From: Deltaproteobacteria bacterium
GTDB taxonomy: Bacteria > Desulfobacterota_D > UBA1144 > Nemesobacterales > CSP1-2
NCBI GenBank assembly: GCA_052390235.1
Contig: JBQTHB010000002.1
Coordinates: 224,001 to 288,000, forward strand
Reading direction: 5' to 3'
Length of the DNA: 64,000 bases
In this document: positions 51,533 to 61,654 of the stretch, piece by piece
How positions within the stretch are numbered: the first letter of the stretch is position 1
Layout of the letters: every line of letters starts with the position of its first letter
The notes under the pieces: model-generated
The model's database searches: none
What the model was told of the DNA's origin: nothing
The model's input: only the letters and a program-made list of their open reading frames with translations
Made by a program: the position numbers and the translations under genes

Positions 51533-52417
51533 TTGCGGCGATTTGTTATTTCGGCTTTTATTGTAGCTCTGGTCTTGTTTATCCTCGTAATAGGGGCGGG
51601 GCTCAATTTTCTGTTTCCCTGGGGTGGCGGTTTTGTTGCGGGAGACAGCGTCGCGGTGCTTAGAATTGACGGCGTAATACTGGACTCAGGGGTTTATCTC
51701 GAGAGTATCTCGTCAATTGCAAGGGACGATGGCATAAAAGCCCTTGTGATTCGGATTGACTCTCCGGGCGGGGCGGTCGGGCCATCTCAGGAAATATACG
51801 CTGAAGTTAAGAGGCTCGCGGAGAAAATTCCGGTAGTCGCAAGCATCGGCACTGTAGGGGCTTCCGGCGGATATTATATAGCCTGCGCGGCGGGGAAGAT
51901 TTTCGCCAATCCCGGCGCTATCACGGGGAGCATTGGCGTTATCGCTCAGTTCATGAGCTACAGAGAGCTTCTAGCCTGGGCTAAACTCGATATAGAGGTC
52001 ATCAAGAGCGGGGAGTTCAAAGATGTAGGCTCTCCATTTAGAGAGATGACCGCGGCTGAGAGGAGCTACGTTCAGGGCTTGATTGATAACACTCACTCGC
52101 AGTTCAAAGGGGTGGTTTCTAAGGCTAGGGGGCTTAAGTCAGAGGGGCTGGACAGAGTAGCAGACGGGCGAATCTTCACAGGAGAGCAGGCAAAAGAGGC
52201 AGGACTCGTGGACGAGCTTGGAACCCTCGGCGATGCGGTTCGAGAAGCGGCGGCTTTAAGTGGGGTTGATGCCACAGACCCGGATATGGTCTATTATCCG
52301 AAACCCAAGATGCGCTTTATAGACTACTTTATCTCCAGCGCTAGGTCTTACGCGCCTTCTAATCGGATATTCACAGAGAAGTTCGGGCTTTTTTATCTCG
52401 TTGATGTGATGCGGTAG
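51533..52417 (+). CDS. sppA: Signal peptide peptidase (36K type)
   Basis: IDSPGG, ASGGYY, TGSIGV, GLVDELG. Confidence 0.94.
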   Translation: MRRFVISAFIVALVLFILVIGAGLNFLFPWGGGFVAGDSVAVLRIDGVILDSGVYLESISSIARDDGIKALVIRIDSPGGAVGPSQEIYAEVKRLAEKIPVVASIGTVGASGGYYIACAAGKIFANPGAITGSIGVIAQFMSYRELLAWAKLDIEVIKSGEFKDVGSPFREMTAAERSYVQGLIDNTHSQFKGVVSKARGLKSEGLDRVADGRIFTGEQAKEAGLVDELGTLGDAVREAAALSGVDATDPDMVYYPKPKMRFIDYFISSARSYAPSNRIFTEKFGLFYLVDVMR

Positions 52418-52419
52418 CG

Positions 52420-52902
52420 ATGAAGCCGATATGGGCGCCTTGGAGAATTGACTACATCACCGGAGAGAAGCGCAGTGGGTGTGTCTTCTGCGATAAGCCT
52501 AAAGAGGGGAGCGACAGAGGGAATTTAATTCTCTTTCAGGGAGTCGCCGCGTTTATCATAATGAACCGCTATCCCTACACCAACGGCCATCTGATGGTAG
52601 TCCCTTACAGGCACACAAGCGAGCTCTCGGAACTCGACGCTGCGGAGCGGCTGGAGATTATGAACCTCGCCGCTAGGTGTGTTCAGATTCTGGAGTGCAT
52701 AAAACCCGACGGTTTCAATATCGGAATGAACCTTGGCAGGGTTGCCGGCGCGGGGATTGACGAACACCTCCACTTGCATATTGTTCCGCGCTGGAGCGGG
52801 GATACCAATTTTATGCCGGTCATCGCCGATGTGAAAGTGATGCCCGAATATCTCGGCGATACCTACGCCAAGCTCTATGAGCGGCTTAAATCCGAAGAAT
52901 AG
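52420..52902 (+). CDS. HIT family protein
   Basis: WAPWR, CVFC, NRYPY..GH, HLHLHIVPRW. Confidence 0.94.
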   Translation: MKPIWAPWRIDYITGEKRSGCVFCDKPKEGSDRGNLILFQGVAAFIIMNRYPYTNGHLMVVPYRHTSELSELDAAERLEIMNLAARCVQILECIKPDGFNIGMNLGRVAGAGIDEHLHLHIVPRWSGDTNFMPVIADVKVMPEYLGDTYAKLYERLKSEE

Positions 52903-52916
52903 AGGGGAGAGACGGA

Positions 52917-53267
52917 ATGAAATTTCTAAGGATACTAATTACTGCCCTTTTATTTATTACTGCCCTACTGCTGATTATCCAAAACCAAGACGTGTTTGCC
53001 CATAAATTTGAGCTTAAGCTCGATATGAAGGCATATCAAGTGGGCCCATATATAGCCTCAAATCTCATGCTGATAGTATGGTCGTTTTTCATCGGCGTTG
53101 TATTTGCCGTCGTGTGGGGGGCGTTCTATTCAATGAGTATGAAAGGACAGCTCAGGGAAAAGCAGAGGAGAATTAAAGAACTCCAGCATCAAATCGGGCA
53201 GGTTCAACTCCCAAATTACGATGCGGCCCCTGAGCCGGAACAGACCCTGCCGGGCAAGCAGTCTTAG
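52917..53267 (+). CDS. LapA-like membrane protein
   Basis: Two TM helices separated by QN, C-terminal coiled coil; typical position downstream of rpsA/sppA. Confidence 0.7.
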   Translation: MKFLRILITALLFITALLLIIQNQDVFAHKFELKLDMKAYQVGPYIASNLMLIVWSFFIGVVFAVVWGAFYSMSMKGQLREKQRRIKELQHQIGQVQLPNYDAAPEPEQTLPGKQS

Positions 53268-53316
53268 CCTCTCCATGCTCTTTTCTAATCCCATTTTCCC
53301 GCTAGGAATAAAAATC

Positions 53317-54246
53317 ATGCAGACATCTGGAAAACCGAACTGGATAAAGGCGAAGGTTCCCGCCGGCTCGAATTATACGCGGCTCAAAACCCTCATGCGC
53401 GGGCTTGACCTCCACACCGTGTGCGAGGAGGCTAAGTGTCCCAATATCGGCGAGTGCTGGGGGGCGGGGACGCTTACTTTCATGATTTTGGGCGACACCT
53501 GCACGAGGAGCTGCGGCTTTTGCGCCGTCAAGACGGGGCGCGGCGGCGAAATTGACTGGGACGAGCCCGAGAGAACCGCAAATGCCGTGCGCAAACTCGC
53601 CGAAGGGGACGCATATCTGAGGCATATAGTTATCACATCGGTTGACAGGGATAATAAAAACTACGAAAGCTCCCTCGTGTTTGCCGAAACCATTAGACGG
53701 GTGCGCGCGCAGAACCCTCAGGTAAAAATTGAAGTCCTGATTCCCGATTTTAAGGGCGACTTGGATTCGCTTCGCAATATCCTATCCGCCAAGCCCGACA
53801 TCCTCAACCACAATATCGAGACCGTCCCAAGGCTCTACTACCTGCCTCAGGAAACCCATTCGGGCGGCAAGAGAGCCGTAAGACCGCAGGCTAAATACGA
53901 GTGGTCTATTGATCTGCTTAAAAACGCCAGAACATTCGGACACGAGGGGATGCTCATGAAATCCGGCATAATGGTGGGACTGGGCGAGGAGCTTGAGGAA
54001 GTGATTGAGACCCTGTGGGATTTAAAACGCGCCGGATGCGATATTGTAACAGTCGGGCAGTATCTGATGCCGAGCGTGGATCATCTTCCAGTGAGCAAGT
54101 ATTACCATCCGATGGAATTTGAATCGCTCAAAAAATATGGCGAGAGCATTATCGGGATTCCGCACGTGGAGTCTGGCCCCCTTGTGAGAAGTTCCTACCA
54201 CGCCGAGAAACAGGCCGTAAAGCTCGGAGCGGCGGCTATCGGCTGA
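53317..54246 (+). CDS. lipA: Lipoyl synthase
   Basis: CEEAKCPNIGECW, CTRSCGFC, NHNIETV, VRSSY; start moved to ATG 53317. Confidence 0.97.
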   Translation: MQTSGKPNWIKAKVPAGSNYTRLKTLMRGLDLHTVCEEAKCPNIGECWGAGTLTFMILGDTCTRSCGFCAVKTGRGGEIDWDEPERTANAVRKLAEGDAYLRHIVITSVDRDNKNYESSLVFAETIRRVRAQNPQVKIEVLIPDFKGDLDSLRNILSAKPDILNHNIETVPRLYYLPQETHSGGKRAVRPQAKYEWSIDLLKNARTFGHEGMLMKSGIMVGLGEELEEVIETLWDLKRAGCDIVTVGQYLMPSVDHLPVSKYYHPMEFESLKKYGESIIGIPHVESGPLVRSSYHAEKQAVKLGAAAIG

Positions 54247-54389
54247 AAAAAACCTGCGTGGCGGCGGATTTGAGGCTACTGCGGACAGGGGCGTCAGTCA
54301 ATTTTGCCTCCATCCTGCCTCTAATGGGTGCGATAATCCAAAATTGGAGGTAGAATTTACCCCAATTCCCCTGACCACTGATATAGCCG

Positions 54390-55970
54390 ATGCCAAGTCC
54401 TCTCCTGACCGAAAGAGATATAGCCCAAATCAAATCACGCGGGATTCAACTCGAAAAAGTACTCTCTGAAATCGAGCGCTTCAGGCAGGGATTCCGATTT
54501 GCGGATTTGTCGAGACCTGCGACAGTGGGGGATGGAATCATCGCTCTCGCCGACAGCGATGCGCGCAGACTCGCGCTGAGGTATGAAGCCGTCCAGATGG
54601 GCGGGAGGGCTATCAAATTTGTGCCGGCTTCGGGAAGCGCTACCCGGATGTTCCAATCCCTCCTTGAAGTTCTCAACAGCGGTGGCGGCGAGATTGAACT
54701 GCTACGTATTCGAGAAGATGCCGAAAGGGGCAATTCGCGCTCTGCGGAGTTTCTTAAATTTGTCTCTTCGCTGGAGAGGTTCGCGTTTTATGGGGATTTG
54801 CGCTCGGCCCTTGCCTCGGCTGGACTTTCTCTCGACTCGGCTGTGCGGCAGGGGAGGTATCGAGCCGTGCTTGATTGCCTATTTGGAGCGGGCGGGCTAG
54901 GCTATGCGAGCCTGCCAAAGGGGCTTATAAAGTTTCATAGCTACCCCGGAGGCATCTCTCGCACGGCTTTTGAGGAGCATCTGGCGGAGGCGGCTGAGTA
55001 CATTCGAGATATTAACGGCGTTGCAAGGGTTCACTTTACCGTTCCCTCAGAATACGAGCGGCGGATAGCCGAATTCTTCGCTGAGGTTCAGAGCCAATAT
55101 AAAAAACGGGGCATCACCTTTGACATCACGCTCTCAGTTCAAGACCCCTCGACAGACACCGTTGCCGTGGATTTGGATAACCGCCCGTTTCGCGATTCCC
55201 TTGGCGCGCTAGTATTCCGTCCGGCGGGACACGGGGCGCTCCTGCGCAACCTCGGCAATCTCGGCGGGGATTTTATCTATATTAAAAACGTGGACAACGT
55301 CGCGCTGGAGCGGTTTGCGCGCGAACACTCAATCTATAAAAAAGCCCTTGCGGGGTATTTATCCCAGATGCAGGGGGAGATTTTTCATCTCATCCGAAGG
55401 CTCTTGGCAGGCGGGGCAGGCGAAGGAGATATCGCCGCCGCCTTTGACTACCTGCGCGCGAGGCTCTCTCTAATCCCCCCTCGCGGAATCGAGGCGGCTT
55501 CAAAGGGGGAGCGTGTGGAATTTCTCATATCGAAACTCAATCGCCCGGTGAGGGTCTGCGGGATGGTGAAAAACGAGGGCGAGCCGGGGGGCGGTCCCTT
55601 CTGGACGCGCGGCGCGGACGGCGGCGAGTCGCTTCAGATAGTCGAGGCTTCGCAGGTTGACGTTGAGTCCCAGAATCAGCGCCGAGTATGGTCGTCCTCA
55701 ACGCATTTTAACCCTGTGGATATTGTCTGCGGGGTGCGCGATTATTCGGGCGCAAATTTCGATTTGTCCCGATATTCGGACCTGGACTCAGGTTTTATCT
55801 CGATTAAATCCAAGGACGGCCGCCCGCTTAAAGCCCTTGAGCTTCCGGGGCTATGGAACGGCTCTATGGCGAATTGGATTACGGTTTTTGTGGAAGCGCC
55901 GGTCTCGACGTTCAACCCGGTGAAAACCGTGCTGGATTTGCTCCGGGCTGAGCATCAGGCAGTATCATAA
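54390..55970 (+). CDS. DUF4301 family protein
   Basis: KFVPASGSATRMF, FRPAGHGALL, IKNVDNV, GEPGGGPF, THFNPVD, ELPGLWNG. Confidence 0.92.
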   Translation: MPSPLLTERDIAQIKSRGIQLEKVLSEIERFRQGFRFADLSRPATVGDGIIALADSDARRLALRYEAVQMGGRAIKFVPASGSATRMFQSLLEVLNSGGGEIELLRIREDAERGNSRSAEFLKFVSSLERFAFYGDLRSALASAGLSLDSAVRQGRYRAVLDCLFGAGGLGYASLPKGLIKFHSYPGGISRTAFEEHLAEAAEYIRDINGVARVHFTVPSEYERRIAEFFAEVQSQYKKRGITFDITLSVQDPSTDTVAVDLDNRPFRDSLGALVFRPAGHGALLRNLGNLGGDFIYIKNVDNVALERFAREHSIYKKALAGYLSQMQGEIFHLIRRLLAGGAGEGDIAAAFDYLRARLSLIPPRGIEAASKGERVEFLISKLNRPVRVCGMVKNEGEPGGGPFWTRGADGGESLQIVEASQVDVESQNQRRVWSSSTHFNPVDIVCGVRDYSGANFDLSRYSDLDSGFISIKSKDGRPLKALELPGLWNGSMANWITVFVEAPVSTFNPVKTVLDLLRAEHQAVS

Positions 55971-55987
55971 TTGCCCATTTTACCCCT

Positions 55988-57301
55988 ATGCCCATTAACG
56001 CACCCAAAAAAACCGTCATACACGACTGCGCTCAGGATATCGCCTCCGATATTTTTGACGCCGCGAGCCGATTTATCAGGGTCATGAAGTACGTTGATGC
56101 CCTTTGCTACCTTCAGGATGCCGAAGGGCTTGCGGCAACTCTGGAGAGCGCCGTTTTCGGCAAGGCTCTCGCCTTGCTGCGCGAGGCTGGGAAATCCCTT
56201 CCCCCGGAAGCAGGGCGCGCATTTGAGGGGGAATTGGCATTGGCTCTCGGCGGGCGGATTTATGATTTAATCTCCCTTGCCGCCAGCGCGGGCAGTGGGC
56301 GTGAGCAAATCGAATTGGTCATCGGCAAGATTTTCTCATCCGAGAAAGAGAACAGGGGGCGCTACGCCGGAGCGGTCGGGATGGTCAACGGGCGCTTTGA
56401 CGGATTGATTTCCTCCTATGACGCGAAACTCGATTTTTTCTTGGAGCGTCTGCCCGCGCCTGCTCACATCAGAGGCGCATCAATTAAAGAGTCCGCCCCC
56501 CTGATGCGATGCCTCGATGTCATCGCGCTTGCCGGAGAACTCAACCGGCGGCACAAGCCCATCTGCGTATTTTTCTCCGGCGGCGGTGGCGGGGAGCGGC
56601 TTTCCACATTGTCTCAGATGACGGTTTTCCTAAACGTCTATGTCGAGAGATTTAAGCTGATTTCAAGGAAAATCGCTGAGAAACACCTATGCGAGTATTC
56701 GCTCGTAGAACCCATTGGCGATATGGAAATAGCGGCGATTCTGCTCCTGTGGCTTCGGGGACACGACCTTGGGCATTTCTGGGGGGTTGACGCGCTGTCG
56801 CCAAAAATGTCTGAATTCGATAGGGACTATTTTGCCCTCCATGAGCTTAAATCCGATGCCATTTCGCTCTACAATCTGAGATTTCTCTCAGGCGACCTCC
56901 TCCCGGGAGATTTGCTCCGAGCCGCCTATGTGTCAGCGGTTGCCGAGATGTTCCGATACCTCCGGCGCGCTGAGGGCGGGGATTTCTTTCAGCGCCCGGA
57001 CACTGCCTCCGCCCTTCTCGCATATCGCTGGCTTGCGGATTCCGGGGCGATTCGATTCGACGCTAAGTTGGGTAGATTGAGGCTCGATTTTGCGCGGTTT
57101 GAAGCGGCTATTGAGCGTCTTGCGGCGGAGATGCTTCGGATATTTGCCGGGGGCGGGGTTGACGCGGCGCGGGCATTTGTCCGGTGCTATTCGAGGGTTG
57201 ATGACTCGGATATTGCCTTCGAGCGCGTCATGCGGGACACTGAAATCCCCCACTACATTGACTTTCATTGGAATATGCGGGAAGTTCCTAGAATTGAGTA
57301 A
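55988..57301 (+). CDS. Divergent zincin/peptidase M49-like protein
   Basis: GHDLGH followed about 20 aa later by ELKSD; family call tentative. Confidence 0.6.
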   Translation: MPINAPKKTVIHDCAQDIASDIFDAASRFIRVMKYVDALCYLQDAEGLAATLESAVFGKALALLREAGKSLPPEAGRAFEGELALALGGRIYDLISLAASAGSGREQIELVIGKIFSSEKENRGRYAGAVGMVNGRFDGLISSYDAKLDFFLERLPAPAHIRGASIKESAPLMRCLDVIALAGELNRRHKPICVFFSGGGGGERLSTLSQMTVFLNVYVERFKLISRKIAEKHLCEYSLVEPIGDMEIAAILLLWLRGHDLGHFWGVDALSPKMSEFDRDYFALHELKSDAISLYNLRFLSGDLLPGDLLRAAYVSAVAEMFRYLRRAEGGDFFQRPDTASALLAYRWLADSGAIRFDAKLGRLRLDFARFEAAIERLAAEMLRIFAGGGVDAARAFVRCYSRVDDSDIAFERVMRDTEIPHYIDFHWNMREVPRIE

Positions 57302-57376
57302 AAGACGTTTATTCCTCCGGATTAAAGTATAATTAGGTGGGTTGCCAATAAATTTAAATAGGAGTTTTTGCGGGAA

Positions 57377-58348
57377 ATGTTTATTAAAAGCGTAGGTTTA
57401 TTTCTGTTGCTGACTCTCGGTGTCTCGGCAGAGGATTTTAGAATCTCGATCCTCTCCGAGGGGCTGTCCGGCAGGCAGTCTGCGATACAAAACACCGCTG
57501 TCAGGAGCGCCGGGGAGTTTAAAGCGCTGTGGCAGGAGCTTGGATTGAGCGGCGCAGTCCCATACTATGATTTCAAGGACGAGGTGATTGTCGTTATCGC
57601 GCCGAGGGCGAAGCCCGGAAGCTCGGCTGAAATATCGGGGATAGACAAGAAAACGGACGGCTCAATTGAGGTGCGATTCACGGTTGTTTCGGTGGATGGC
57701 GAGGCCGCTATAAAAAACCCGAAACTCTTTCCCTACGTTGTAGCGAGGATACATCCTGTGTCCAATGTGAAATCGGCGCGCGTGAAATTCATTCAGGAAA
57801 TCCCGCGCCCTCCCGTTCCCGCCGACAGCGGCATAGGGCAGATTCCCCCTTACTCGAACGTCCTCAAGGAATATGAAAACATCGCCGTATCAGAGTTTCT
57901 CCCGCTCGACAGGGGCAACTCGTGGACTTATAAAATTGAATCCGAGGGCGGGGCGACTAGGGAGGAGGACTACTCCGTGCTTTCCATTTCTCAGGACGGA
58001 TGGTCGGTTTTTGACGGCTTTTTTGGGAGGAAAAATATCGCTATGAAGGTTGACCCCTCGGGGGAGCTGTACGTTTCATCAAGCCAAAATGGGGCGCGCC
58101 CTTTTTATACGCCCGATATCCAGAGGAGCTATAGAAAAATCGAGATTAAGACGCCGGCGGGGAAATTCGGCGATTTGATGATTGTAACCATCCCCCAAAA
58201 CGATAAATTCTGGTTCAAGGACGTCTATGCAAGAGGAGTCGGGCTAATTTATCACGAGCGCGCGACACCCAAAGGGAGAGTCAAATACGCGCTGACAGCA
58301 GCCCGTGTTAAGGGCGTGAGCTACCCGAAAGTCCGCCCCCCGCGCTAA
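57377..58348 (+). CDS. Secreted hypothetical protein (PrcB C-terminal-like N domain plus beta-rich C domain)
   Basis: Signal peptide; ALWQELG..DF..PYVV; PLDRGNSWTY...TPAGKF...YARGVGLI. Confidence 0.7.
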   Translation: MFIKSVGLFLLLTLGVSAEDFRISILSEGLSGRQSAIQNTAVRSAGEFKALWQELGLSGAVPYYDFKDEVIVVIAPRAKPGSSAEISGIDKKTDGSIEVRFTVVSVDGEAAIKNPKLFPYVVARIHPVSNVKSARVKFIQEIPRPPVPADSGIGQIPPYSNVLKEYENIAVSEFLPLDRGNSWTYKIESEGGATREEDYSVLSISQDGWSVFDGFFGRKNIAMKVDPSGELYVSSSQNGARPFYTPDIQRSYRKIEIKTPAGKFGDLMIVTIPQNDKFWFKDVYARGVGLIYHERATPKGRVKYALTAARVKGVSYPKVRPPR

Positions 58349-58545
58349 TAGGGATTTGCGGCGCAGATGACAGTTCGCAAGCTTGCAGTCTAACCATTCA
58401 CCACCAAGCAGGGGATGAGCTTTCATCCCATATTTGATATTCCGTATTGCGAATCCGGCGTCAGTCATCGCGAATAATCAAAAGTTGACATATAAGGCTG
58501 ATTTGGTTATTTTTTAGCCCTCTACTCGGCAGGCAGAGTATCACA

Positions 58546-58637
58546 GGAGAGGTGGCCGAGCGGCCGAAGGCACCCGCCTGCTAAGCGGGTAGGGGGCTAA
58601 AACTCCCTCGAGGGTTCGAATCCCTCCCTCTCCGCCA
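58546..58637 (+). tRNA. tRNA-Ser(GCT)
   Basis: GGAGAGGTGGCCGAG...CCCGC-CTGCTAA-GCGGG, long variable arm, GGTTCGAATCC...GCCA. Confidence 0.97.
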
Positions 58638-58660
58638 TAGAATTCAGATGCCAGCACAAC

Positions 58661-58736
58661 GCGCCCGTAGCTCAACGGATAGAGTATCTGACTACGGATC
58701 AGAGGGTTGGGGGTTCAAATCCCTCCGGGCGCGCCA
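58661..58736 (+). tRNA. tRNA-Arg(ACG)
   Basis: GCGCCCGTAGCTCAACGGATAGAG...TCTGA-CTACGGA-TCAGA...GGTTCAAATCC...GCCA. Confidence 0.97.
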
Positions 58737-58813
58737 ATTCTCTCCTCCCCCTTTGCGTTGTTTACACACTGCCGAATTGCCCTCCAATAGCCTCTGTGGT
58801 AACTTAAGAGGCG

Positions 58814-60340
58814 ATGACGGACAGATTCAATCAAAACATAGAAACCGACTCCTTTGACAGCGCGCTGTTCTCGGATATTGAGGCGACTTCCGAGGAATTT
58901 CGGCATATTATCGAGAGCGGCGGGAATTTGCTTCCCGATTTCCGCTCGTTCGCGCTTGACCTATTCGCCGCGTTCTATAAATTGAACGTTATTTTCCGCC
59001 CCCAGGACTCGGTGAAAGTAGCCTCGATGCTCGCCCGCAGGCTTCTGCTCAAAATCCTAGCCTCAGACAAATACGGCGAGCTGAGGGATGAAACCGCGCT
59101 TGACGGATTCAAATCCGCGGCGGCGGCTCTGTCATTTATCCGCGATTATCTCCTCTGGATAAAGTCTGATGAGGGGCTTTCTCAAAGCGCTCTTATGAAG
59201 GAGTGGGAAGCCGGGCGAGCTGAGGAGCAAGCCGATGAGACTGCCTCCGAACTCGAAACAATTGAAGAGGCCGAGAAGAGCGCCGAGGGCAAAATTTCCG
59301 AGTCCCTCAAGAAGGTCAAAAAAAAGAAGCAATTTGCCCGCCGCAGCCAAGAGAGTGAACTCAAGGAAATCCAGCGGGAGCAAAAAGAGCGTATTGAGAA
59401 CCTCGATATGAAGCTCGGCAGTCTCGTGAAATCGTCCATGGAGGCTACATCGGATAGAGTCTCGGGCATCGAGCGGGAGCTTGCCGACTGGGGGGCGTCA
59501 ATTGGCGGCGGCTCCGAGGGGAAATCCGCAGGGGAGAAGCTGGATTTGGCGGCAAAACTGCTCTCGAACGAGAAATTAAGGCGACTCAGCCTCATGGTGG
59601 GCAGTTTTAAGGAGGAGATGCTTCAGTCCAGAAGAAAGGTGTGGGCGAAGAGGGGAGCGGAAATCCACGACATCGCCATCGGAAGCGATTTGGCGCGGGC
59701 GATTCCCTCGGAGCTTCTATCGCTCAGGCATCCGGCGCTGAAGAGGGATTTTCTCAAGCGCCTCGTGGAAGAGCGAATAGTTCAGTACCATCTCAAACAG
59801 GACGCCGGCAGAGGGCCCATTGTGGTCTGCCTCGACGGCAGTTCCTCGATGTCCGGGGACAAAGAGATGTGGTCGAAGGCGCTCTGCCTCACCGTGCTTG
59901 AGATGGCAAAGCGGCAGAGGCGCAAATTCGTAGCCATAGTATTTTCATCCAAGGGGGCGCCGCTTGAGACCTTCGGCTCGGACGGGACGGCATCGTGGCG
60001 GATGAAAGAGGCGGAGATAATAAAACTCGCCGATTATTTCCCCGGCGGAGGCACGGATTTTGAGGAGCCACTAGGGAAGGCGGCGGAATTTTTGGCGCGC
60101 TCGAAATTCAGGCGCGGAGACATACTCTTCATTACCGACGGCGAGTGCGACGTTGCCGGCGAGTGGCTGGGCAACTTTCTCGGCGAGAAGAAGAGGCTGG
60201 GGTTTCAGGTGTTCTCCGTGCTTATTGATATTACGGGCAGGGAGCAAGCGGCGACCCTTCGCAAATTTAGCGATAAAATCGCATCTGTATCAAGCCTCAC
60301 CTCGAAGGACGCGCGCGAGATTTTTCTCGGCCTCGGGTGA
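58814..60340 (+). CDS. VWA domain protein (ViaA/CoxE-like) with coiled-coil centre
   Basis: MIDAS DGSSSM, GGGTDF, ITDG; GSDLARAIPSEL. Confidence 0.88.
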   Translation: MTDRFNQNIETDSFDSALFSDIEATSEEFRHIIESGGNLLPDFRSFALDLFAAFYKLNVIFRPQDSVKVASMLARRLLLKILASDKYGELRDETALDGFKSAAAALSFIRDYLLWIKSDEGLSQSALMKEWEAGRAEEQADETASELETIEEAEKSAEGKISESLKKVKKKKQFARRSQESELKEIQREQKERIENLDMKLGSLVKSSMEATSDRVSGIERELADWGASIGGGSEGKSAGEKLDLAAKLLSNEKLRRLSLMVGSFKEEMLQSRRKVWAKRGAEIHDIAIGSDLARAIPSELLSLRHPALKRDFLKRLVEERIVQYHLKQDAGRGPIVVCLDGSSSMSGDKEMWSKALCLTVLEMAKRQRRKFVAIVFSSKGAPLETFGSDGTASWRMKEAEIIKLADYFPGGGTDFEEPLGKAAEFLARSKFRRGDILFITDGECDVAGEWLGNFLGEKKRLGFQVFSVLIDITGREQAATLRKFSDKIASVSSLTSKDAREIFLGLG

Positions 60341-61654
60341 TTACGACTTAAATTTTTGTAGCACTAAGAGGTACTCTGATTCCATGCCTTCCGGGTTCTT
60401 ATTGTTCCTTGAGCCGAACAGTTGCCTCTTCTTTATTCTGTCTTCATAGACCCCTTTGAGTGAATAGCCTAGCTCTGTAAAATGCTCCGCGAATATTCTC
60501 CAAATTTCGACATTGACGCCGTCTATAACTGGGTTGCCGATGAAAATACAGGCTCTCCTGCCGGATTTTAACCTATCCATTGAGTTCTCAAGCGAGTTAA
60601 TTGTGTGGCAAAAATAAGAATCAAGCAGAGCTATAAGGTCGTTTCTCTTTAAGGCGGATTTTACTTTGTCGAGGGTTTTAGTGTGAATTATTCTATCGGG
60701 TTTTCTATAAGGTATCTCGAGCTTTGATAGGTTTTTTATATATTCTTCCTTGTATCCCAGCCAATATAAATCCATCTTAGCCGTTCTCATATATTCTTGA
60801 GCTTGCAAGTATGGAGGAGAGGTTATAAGGCAGTCAAATTCGGTGTCTGAATTGAACTTATACTGACTGGAATCTACTCCTCCATGAATGGTTACGTAAT
60901 TCTCATGCGCTGTCGTAAACTCTATAAATTGGTTAATTCTCTCTAAATTTTCAAACGAGAGCTTGTATATCATCTCATTCATCTTTTTGACCCAATTTGT
61001 TGGCAACAATGTGGCTATATATGCCAGTTTGCTTTTAGACCTAAACAATTTGGGCGTTTTATGCTCGGCATAGGAAAAGTGCTTGCTGACTTTTACTAAA
61101 GCCGCCTCGATGATTAACGAGTATATATCCTTAGGCAGATTTTTTTGCCACCCCCAGTATTTTGTTAAAACTCCGAGCATTTCATCGGGATACCAATAAG
61201 TCAAATTTGACCATTCAGGATAAAATAGCAATTCGCTACCCGTTAGACCCTCAAGCCGGTTGTAGAGAGTTCGATTGCTTAATAGGCGTACTCCCTTATA
61301 TATTTTTATAAGCATGATATGGGTTAAAAGGGGGTTTAAATCGAGTAAAAATGAGTTTCTTTCGCACAAATAACATTCAAGCCCCACAGTGCCGGAGCCG
61401 GCAAAGGGGTCTATAACGAGGTTATTTCTCTCCGTGAAAGTGTTGATGCAGAATCTCACCACATGCGGTATAAACTTTGCCGGATAGTAATAAATCGAGT
61501 GTGTCAGGTATCCGGTGTCTGTTATTTCAGGCACTAAATCACGGAAAGATACCAATTCTAACTCCCCATTTCCCATTGCATTAATTTCTGGAGTCGCTTT
61601 TTGAACGCTGTCGGAAAATAGATTGAGTTGTCTGTTAATTGGATAATTTTTCAT
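60341..61654 (-). CDS. DNA amino-methyltransferase, probably N4-cytosine (motif I before motif IV)
   Basis: THSIYYYPAKF, DPFAGSGT, ITSPPY; AT-richer than flanks. Confidence 0.9.
   Translation of the reverse strand: MKNYPINRQLNLFSDSVQKATPEINAMGNGELELVSFRDLVPEITDTGYLTHSIYYYPAKFIPHVVRFCINTFTERNNLVIDPFAGSGTVGLECYLCERNSFLLDLNPLLTHIMLIKIYKGVRLLSNRTLYNRLEGLTGSELLFYPEWSNLTYWYPDEMLGVLTKYWGWQKNLPKDIYSLIIEAALVKVSKHFSYAEHKTPKLFRSKSKLAYIATLLPTNWVKKMNEMIYKLSFENLERINQFIEFTTAHENYVTIHGGVDSSQYKFNSDTEFDCLITSPPYLQAQEYMRTAKMDLYWLGYKEEYIKNLSKLEIPYRKPDRIIHTKTLDKVKSALKRNDLIALLDSYFCHTINSLENSMDRLKSGRRACIFIGNPVIDGVNVEIWRIFAEHFTELGYSLKGVYEDRIKKRQLFGSRNNKNPEGMESEYLLVLQKFKS

Noticed and set aside
29911..53316. Long N-terminal extensions in the ORF track for fumC, hemW, recG, aroA and lipA
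   Set aside because: Extensions run through promoter, repeat or neighbouring-gene sequence; downstream ATGs fit family starts better.
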